Assembly (NCBI GenBank): GCA_965248355.1
Contig: OZ252098.1
Location: 4,800,001-4,864,000, forward strand
Source of the DNA: Candidatus Latescibacterota bacterium
GTDB taxonomy: Bacteria; Latescibacterota; UBA2968; UBA8231
Reading direction: 5' to 3'
Length of the DNA: 64,000 nucleotides
Part shown: one piece after another, positions 58,467-64,000 of the stretch
Position numbering within the stretch: position 1 is the stretch's first letter
Layout: every line of letters begins with the position of its first letter
The notes under the pieces: model-generated
Told to the model about the DNA's origin: nothing
Seen by the model: the letters and a program-made list of their open reading frames with translations, nothing else
The model's database searches: none
Translations under genes and position numbers: made by a program

Positions 58467-59873
58467 TCATGGCCGGCCCGCCGGCTCACCGGTCTCGCGC
58501 TGGCCGGCGAGGGAGTCGCATTGCGCGCGGGTCGGTTCGCCGCCGGGCCAGCGGGCGCCGGGGCGGGCCGGGGCCATCAACGGCTTCAGGCTCTCCAGGA
58601 ACCGCGGCGCCAGGCCTTCTCCCGCTCCCGAGATGCGCGCCGCCAGGTGGGCCGCCCCCACGTTGGAGTAGGAGTTGCCGTACCCCGAGAACCCGGCCAT
58701 GCCGTGGATGCGCCGCTCCGGGTCGAAGACGCCGATCGCCGGCAGGCCGTCGAAGGTGAAGGACTGCAGGCCGCCCCAGCGGTGGGTCACGGGCGCGTCG
58801 GCCAGGTGGGGGAAGATCTCGCCGAGGCGCGCATGGAGGCGCCGCTGGTGGGCCACCGTGGGGCGGAAGCCGGCGCTGGCGATGCGCCGGCTGCGGCGGC
58901 CGTCGGCCCCGTACTGCGGGAACAGGCTGTCCGGTTCGTCACGGGAGCGGCCGCCGCCGAAGAGCAGGCGGTAGCGGCCGTCGGCCTCGCGGATCTCGCG
59001 CCACCACGCCGCGCCGGCGGCAAAGCATCCGCGGCAGGGGCGCTCGTCGAGGGGGGCGGTGACCAGGACCTGCCCGCGCTCGGCGCGCAGGGTGGAGGTC
59101 AGCGCCGGCAGAAGCTGCGGCACCAGGGCGTTGGTGGCCACGCACAAGTGGTCGGCCCTCACGCTCCCGCGGGTTGTGCGCACCAGGTGCGCGTCCCCGT
59201 CGGGCGATTCGATTCCCACGACGGGCGACTCCTCGAAGATCCGCACCCTCGGGGAACGGGCCACGGCGGCGCCCAGCCCGACCACGAAGCGGCCGGAGTG
59301 GAACTGGGCGTCGCGGCGGAAGCGGATGCCGCCGGCGAACAGGGGGTTGCCGGTGACGGCGCGGGCCTCCGCCGCGTCGAGGCAGTCGGCGGCGAAGCCG
59401 TCTTCCGTCATCATGTCGGCGTCGCGCCGCAGTCCCGCCAGCGTCTGCTCGTGGTTCGCCTGGTCGCCCCGCACCAGCAGGGTCTCGCCGAGCACCTCGT
59501 AGTCGCAGGCGATCCCGTGGCGCGCGATCTGCTCTTCCAGCAGCTCCTGGTTGTGGTGGCAGAGCTCGACGAGGCCGCGGGCCACGGCGCGGGAACGGGC
59601 GGCGGCCAGGTCGGCGTAGGAGACGGGCAGACCGGTGACGATGCAGCCCTGGTTGCGGGAGGAGGCGCCCTCGCCCACCCGCTTCGCTTCCACCACGACG
59701 CAGCTCAGTCCTTGCGCGGCGAGGTAGTCGGCCAGCTTGAGGCCGGCGATGCCGGCGCCGATGATCGCCGCGTCGGCGCGCGTGTCTGTGTCCAGCGCCG
59801 GGTAGCGCGGACGTTCGATGTCCAGCCAGTAGGGCAGGCCGTAGCCGGTCAGATCGATGGCGCTCTGAGGCAT
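58467..59873 (-). CDS. FAD-dependent oxidoreductase (DadA/PuuB-like)
   Basis: IIGAGIAG, GASSRNQG, VATNA, DGLPAIG, GFSGYG. Confidence 0.9.
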   Translation of the reverse strand: MPQSAIDLTGYGLPYWLDIERPRYPALDTDTRADAAIIGAGIAGLKLADYLAAQGLSCVVVEAKRVGEGASSRNQGCIVTGLPVSYADLAAARSRAVARGLVELCHHNQELLEEQIARHGIACDYEVLGETLLVRGDQANHEQTLAGLRRDADMMTEDGFAADCLDAAEARAVTGNPLFAGGIRFRRDAQFHSGRFVVGLGAAVARSPRVRIFEESPVVGIESPDGDAHLVRTTRGSVRADHLCVATNALVPQLLPALTSTLRAERGQVLVTAPLDERPCRGCFAAGAAWWREIREADGRYRLLFGGGRSRDEPDSLFPQYGADGRRSRRIASAGFRPTVAHQRRLHARLGEIFPHLADAPVTHRWGGLQSFTFDGLPAIGVFDPERRIHGMAGFSGYGNSYSNVGAAHLAARISGAGEGLAPRFLESLKPLMAPARPGARWPGGEPTRAQCDSLAGQRETGEPAGRP

Positions 59874-60925
59874 CAGCTCACATCTCGCAGTCGCACGGCG
59901 CGGATCTCGCAGTCGCCGTCCACAAAGTCTGTATGGAATACGCACAGCAACTGGCCGTCCGTTAGACGCACCAAGCTCGGATAGCCGCAGGCGGCGGCCC
60001 AACCCTCATAGGGACCCGGCGACCGGTAGAGCATCCCCTGGAAATGCCATGAACCGCCGCCGTCCCGGCTCGCGCTGCAGCCGATGCCGGGGCGGTCCTC
60101 GGCCATGTCGCGGTACACGCAGATGACGGCGCGGCGCAGGGCGAAGAGGCGCGGGCAGTGGCCGTGGAACCCGGTCGCCGTCAGGGGGGTCCAGCTCCGG
60201 CCCCCATCCTCCGAGTAGCACTGGTAGGAGGCGAAGGGAGGCGCGTCGGTGCGCAGCACGGTGAGCAGCCGCCCGTCGGGCAGGGGCAGGGTGTCGGGCT
60301 CCCGCAACTCCAGAGTGGCGTCGTCGCTCAGCAGGACCCGCTCCGACCAGGTCTCGCCACGGTCCCGGGAGAAGGCGACCGCCGCCAGGTTCGGGGCCCC
60401 CGGCGCATCGCTGCCCTGGAAACCCAGCAGCAGGCGGCCGTCCGGCAGCCCGCGCACGACCCCCTGGCCGTAGGGCTCGCTGAAAGAGGCGAAGACCCGG
60501 ATCTCGGGCCCGGGCGGGTCCCAGGTGCGGCCGCCGTCGCGTGATCTGACGGCGTAGGTGTGGAAGCGGTCGGTGTTCCAGCGCGCCTTGCCGGCGAGCA
60601 TCAGCAGCGCGCCGTCGTCGAGGTGCAGCAGCCGCTGCGCGCCGAACCAGTCCCAGCCCGGCTCCGCCAGCAGCGGCACCGGCTCCTCCCAGGTCTCCCC
60701 GCCGTCCGCCGAGCGCGTGGCCACCAGGGCGCCGTGGGGTTCCTGGAACATGTCGCGGCCCACCCGCCAGGCCACGAAGAGGCTGCCGTCGTCCAGCGCC
60801 GCGGCTCCCGCCCGCGAGCGATGGCGCCGGCCGCCGCCGCCGGCCACCACGACCTCGCCCGTGACCTCGAGCACCGCATGGGCGGGTCCGGGCTGCTGGC
60901 GGGAGGCGGGATCGGGCCCTGGCAT
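59873..60925 (-). CDS. Sialidase-like BNR/Asp-box repeat protein
   Basis: Five Asp boxes (SADGGETW, SRDGGRTW, SRDRGETW, SEDGGRSW, SRDGGGSW), GYPS. Confidence 0.85.
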   Translation of the reverse strand: MPGPDPASRQQPGPAHAVLEVTGEVVVAGGGGRRHRSRAGAAALDDGSLFVAWRVGRDMFQEPHGALVATRSADGGETWEEPVPLLAEPGWDWFGAQRLLHLDDGALLMLAGKARWNTDRFHTYAVRSRDGGRTWDPPGPEIRVFASFSEPYGQGVVRGLPDGRLLLGFQGSDAPGAPNLAAVAFSRDRGETWSERVLLSDDATLELREPDTLPLPDGRLLTVLRTDAPPFASYQCYSEDGGRSWTPLTATGFHGHCPRLFALRRAVICVYRDMAEDRPGIGCSASRDGGGSWHFQGMLYRSPGPYEGWAAACGYPSLVRLTDGQLLCVFHTDFVDGDCEIRAVRLRDVS

Positions 60926-60941
60926 GGACGGCGGCCCCGCG

Positions 60942-62111
60942 CTATCCCAGGGCCTGCGCCAGCGCCATGTAGAACCGCGCCGCCGCCGCCACCGCGCTCA
61001 GCGTCGTGTGCTCGTCCACCTGGTGCGCCAGCCGCTCGTCGCCCGGCCCGAAGATGAGCGTCGGCACGCCGAGGGCGGGGGTGAGCACGGAGGCATCGGA
61101 GAAGTAGCTGACGCCGCGCGGCTCCGGAGTCCCGCCGAGCACCTGGCCGGCCACTGCCAGGGCGGTGCCCACCAGCGGCTCCCGCTCCGGCGTGTCGATG
61201 GGCGGCCGGTCGGCGACCACCCGCACCTGCGCCGTCACCCCCGCCTCGGCGGCCCCGGCGCCGGCCAGGCCGCGCACCTCGCGCAGCAGGTCGGCGTGGT
61301 CCTGTCCGGGGACGCTGCGAAGATCCGCCGTCAGGACGCACCGGTCGGCCACGACGTTGACCTTCGTCCCGCCCTCGATGGTCCCGAGGTTGACGGTGGG
61401 CGGACCCAGCAGTGGGTGCGGCCGGTGATCGGGTTGATACGTCTGCAGCCGTTCGATGATCCGGCCCATGCCGCTGATGGCGTTGCGGCCCTGGTCCGGC
61501 ATCGAGCCGTGGGCGGCCCGGCCGGCGGTGGCGATCTCCAGCCACAGGGCTCCCTTGTGGGCGGTCACCACCTGCAGGCGGGTGGGCTCGCCCACCACCA
61601 GGGCGCCCACCGGACCGAGACCGCGTTCGGCCAGCCGCTGCGCGCCGCAGCAGTCCACCTCCTCGCCGGCGGTGCCGGCGAAGATCAGGTCGCGCTTCAG
61701 GCGCACGCCGGATCGCGCCATGGCGGCGCAGGCCATGGCCATGGCGGCGACGCCGCCCTTCATGTCGACGCTGCCGCGGCCGTGCAGCACGTCCCCCTCC
61801 ACAATGGCCGCGTGCGGGTCGTGACGCCACTGCTCCCGCTGCACGGGAACGGTGTCGAGGTGGCCGTTGAGCAGCAGGGCGGGTTCCCCTCCGCTGCCGC
61901 GCCATCGCGCCACCACGTTGGCGCGGCCCTCGGCGAAGCGGTCCAGCTCCACCTCGAGCCCGGCCGCCTGCAGCCACTCGCCAAGCAACTCGGCCACCGG
62001 CCCTTCCCGCCCCGGCGGATTGCAGCTGTCGATGCGGATGAGCCGGCGCAGCAGGTCGCCCAGCTCGGCGGATGTGTTGCAGGCGTCCTGGATACCGGTA
62101 CCCCTCCCCAA
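60942..62111 (-). CDS. M20 family metallopeptidase (ArgE/DapE-like)
   Basis: NGHLDTVP, GRGSVDMKGG, GEE, GEPT, HKG, AHGS, AHQVDE; start uncertain. Confidence 0.9.
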   Translation of the reverse strand: MGRGTGIQDACNTSAELGDLLRRLIRIDSCNPPGREGPVAELLGEWLQAAGLEVELDRFAEGRANVVARWRGSGGEPALLLNGHLDTVPVQREQWRHDPHAAIVEGDVLHGRGSVDMKGGVAAMAMACAAMARSGVRLKRDLIFAGTAGEEVDCCGAQRLAERGLGPVGALVVGEPTRLQVVTAHKGALWLEIATAGRAAHGSMPDQGRNAISGMGRIIERLQTYQPDHRPHPLLGPPTVNLGTIEGGTKVNVVADRCVLTADLRSVPGQDHADLLREVRGLAGAGAAEAGVTAQVRVVADRPPIDTPEREPLVGTALAVAGQVLGGTPEPRGVSYFSDASVLTPALGVPTLIFGPGDERLAHQVDEHTTLSAVAAAARFYMALAQALG

Positions 62112-62186
62112 CGGGTGATTGCGCCGCCTCGACCAACGAGCGTCAGCCCGGCTCGTCTGTCAAGGAGTACGGGTCGAAGGCGGCCC

Positions 62187-62978
62187 TCAAGCCCTCCGCG
62201 CTATCCAGACCTGCTCGCCGCCATGGTGGAAGGGTCCGCGCTCGAAGCCGCCGTACAGCGCCTCGACCGCAAACCCGCTCAGTTCGAGGAGATGCTCCAT
62301 CTCGTAGCGGTAGATCCAGCGCAGGGAGAGCGGCGCATGGGTCCTGGTTACGACCTGCCCCGCCTCCAGCTCCTCGAGGATCCGCTCCTCCTCGATCGTC
62401 TGGTTCGCCGCGTCGTAGCGGCGCCTGACCCACTCGACCACCTGGCGGCCCGTCTCCGGATGGGTGAGCTCGCGCTCCTTCTCCAGGGGGTGGCCGCGAT
62501 GTCCGAGATGGGAGGCGATCATGTCCAGCCGGGGGTCGAAGATGTTGAACACGAGGCGGCCGTCGTCGGCCAGGTGCTCGCGGATGCGGCCCAGGGCCTG
62601 GCGCTGGTCGGCCGGGGTCATCAGGTGCAGGAATGATCGGAATGGGATGATGACGAGGTCGAAAAGCCGGTCGAGGGAGAACGAGCGCATGTCGCCCTCC
62701 ACCAGCTCGATGCGCTGCCGAGTCGTCTCGGGGAGCCTGGCGATCTTCTTCCGGGCCGTGGCGAGCATCGCCGGCGACTTGTCCAGCCCCACCACCGTCA
62801 CTCCGGCATGGGCGGCCGGTATCAGGACGCGCCCGGTGCCGCAGGCCAGATCCAGGACCGGCGACCCGGCCTTGCGCGCCTCCTCCACATAGAAGGCCAC
62901 GTCGCCGCGCTCGCCCTCCAGGTCCGCCCGCCCGAAGGTGTGGTCGTAGAGATCGGCGGCTACGTGGTAGAAGTCCAT
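62187..62978 (-). CDS. Class I SAM-dependent methyltransferase
   Basis: VLDLACGTGR, GLDKS, GDMR, FDLV. Confidence 0.9.
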   Translation of the reverse strand: MDFYHVAADLYDHTFGRADLEGERGDVAFYVEEARKAGSPVLDLACGTGRVLIPAAHAGVTVVGLDKSPAMLATARKKIARLPETTRQRIELVEGDMRSFSLDRLFDLVIIPFRSFLHLMTPADQRQALGRIREHLADDGRLVFNIFDPRLDMIASHLGHRGHPLEKERELTHPETGRQVVEWVRRRYDAANQTIEEERILEELEAGQVVTRTHAPLSLRWIYRYEMEHLLELSGFAVEALYGGFERGPFHHGGEQVWIARRA

Positions 62979-62994
62979 GCCTTCACCCTGCCTT

Positions 62995-64000
62995 TCACCG
63001 CAGCAGCAACAGCTTGCCCACCCCCTGGTACGGCCCCGCCTGCAGACGATACAGGTACGAGCCGCTGGCCAGGGTCCGCCCCGCATCGTCGCGGCCGTCC
63101 CACTCCACCGCGTGGATCCCCGACCCGCACGGCCCCCGGACCAGGACCGCCAGCTTCTGCCCGAGCAAGTCGTACACCGCCAGCTCCACCGACGGCAGGT
63201 CCTCCGGCAGGGAGAAGGAGACCAGGGTGCGGCTGTTGAAGGGGTTGGGGTAGTTGGGATGGAGGGCGAATTCCGGGGGCTTGGCCGCGGCCTCGAGGGC
63301 CGTGGCCACGGGCCGAATCTCGAAGGAGGTCACGGCTCCCACGTAGGTCAGGTCCCCGGCCGGTCCCAGGTGCAGCTCCAGCCGGTAGCGGCCGCTCGGG
63401 ACCTGCGTGAGAGGCAGCTCGCCGTCGAACCGCCCCGCCTCTACCGCCCAGGTAAGCACCCAGAACGATGTGGTGCCTTGCGCGAGAGGACGCAGGATCC
63501 ACTGCATCAAGGTCGCCTCGGGATCCGACACTTCGCCGGCGATGCGGAGGGGCGGGTGGGCGCCGACGGACGTCGGAAGGGGACGGTCGAGCCGCACGCG
63601 GTTGAAGTAGCGGGTGGGAACCTGCAAGGGGCCGTGGCCCCGGGTCAGGCGGATGGGGAAGAACCGGCCGGCGAAAGGTGTCGGCTTCCGCTTCTCGACG
63701 TACACGTTCAGGGAGTAGGTCGCGGCCTGCTCGTGCAGGAAGTAGATCGTCCGCGAGAAGCGTCCCTCGTCCACGAGCAGGAAGAACTCCTCGCTCCGGC
63801 CTCCGTCCTCGCGGTAGAATTCCACGTGGATCAGGTCGACGCTGTCGGCCGTGGTTCCCTCAAGGACCAGCGGCTGCCCGGTGGCCAGCTCCAGGGGCAG
63901 GGGCGGGTCGAAGGTGATGCCGGCGAAGTGGTCGGCCGCCATGGTGGTGGGGGCCGCGGCCCTGGCCACCGGCAGGGCCACCGCGCCAAGGCGCGCATGC
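62995..64000 (-). CDS. Secreted protein with FlgD-Ig/T9SS-like C-terminal domain (5' end outside the window)
   Basis: HPNYPNPFNSRT...WDGRDDAGRTLASGSYLYRL...KLLLLR; the frame appears open to the window edge. Confidence 0.8.
   Translation of the reverse strand, partial: HARLGAVALPVARAAAPTTMAADHFAGITFDPPLPLELATGQPLVLEGTTADSVDLIHVEFYREDGGRSEEFFLLVDEGRFSRTIYFLHEQAATYSLNVYVEKRKPTPFAGRFFPIRLTRGHGPLQVPTRYFNRVRLDRPLPTSVGAHPPLRIAGEVSDPEATLMQWILRPLAQGTTSFWVLTWAVEAGRFDGELPLTQVPSGRYRLELHLGPAGDLTYVGAVTSFEIRPVATALEAAAKPPEFALHPNYPNPFNSRTLVSFSLPEDLPSVELAVYDLLGQKLAVLVRGPCGSGIHAVEWDGRDDAGRTLASGSYLYRLQAGPYQGVGKLLLLR

Noticed and set aside
1..64000. tRNA, rRNA, integrase or prophage
   Set aside because: No cloverleaf, rRNA-like tract, recombinase or phage gene set recognised by eye; a covariance search would be needed to exclude small RNAs

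Overview
This is a high-GC bacterial window with about 50 genes or gene remnants. I found no rRNA, tRNA or CRISPR array. The gene content is mostly catabolic and accessory: three PhyH-type and one TauD-type Fe/2OG dioxygenases, sulfatase-fold proteins, amidohydrolases, Gfo/Idh/MocA oxidoreductases, M16/M19/M20/M81 peptidases, and heparinase II/III-, sialidase- and oligogalacturonate-lyase-like proteins. It also encodes large surface proteins with YWTD, WD40, FG-GAP or cadherin/Fn3 repeats; four proteins end in an NYPNPFN FlgD-Ig/T9SS-like C-terminal domain. This profile resembles sponge-associated Latescibacterota/Poribacteria-type symbionts (inference). Three IS elements have readable ends: an ISKra4-like element splitting a surface lipoprotein, an IS1380 splitting a DNA methyltransferase, and an IS630 in a palindromic TA site. 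Four observations stand out. (1) A glutaredoxin is paired with a 6-TM voltage-gated-type channel that has a non-canonical filter (TGGYAD) and a phage-structural-like repeat inserted in its S1-S2 loop. (2) Many genes have lost their middles while their operon junctions survive. (3) A 30-bp direct repeat duplicates a stop/start junction around an AT-richer gene. (4) A HincII-like restriction-modification system is dead in both genes. Several single-base frameshifts lie in short homopolymers and may be sequencing errors. Family assignments come from motif recognition only; no searches were run.
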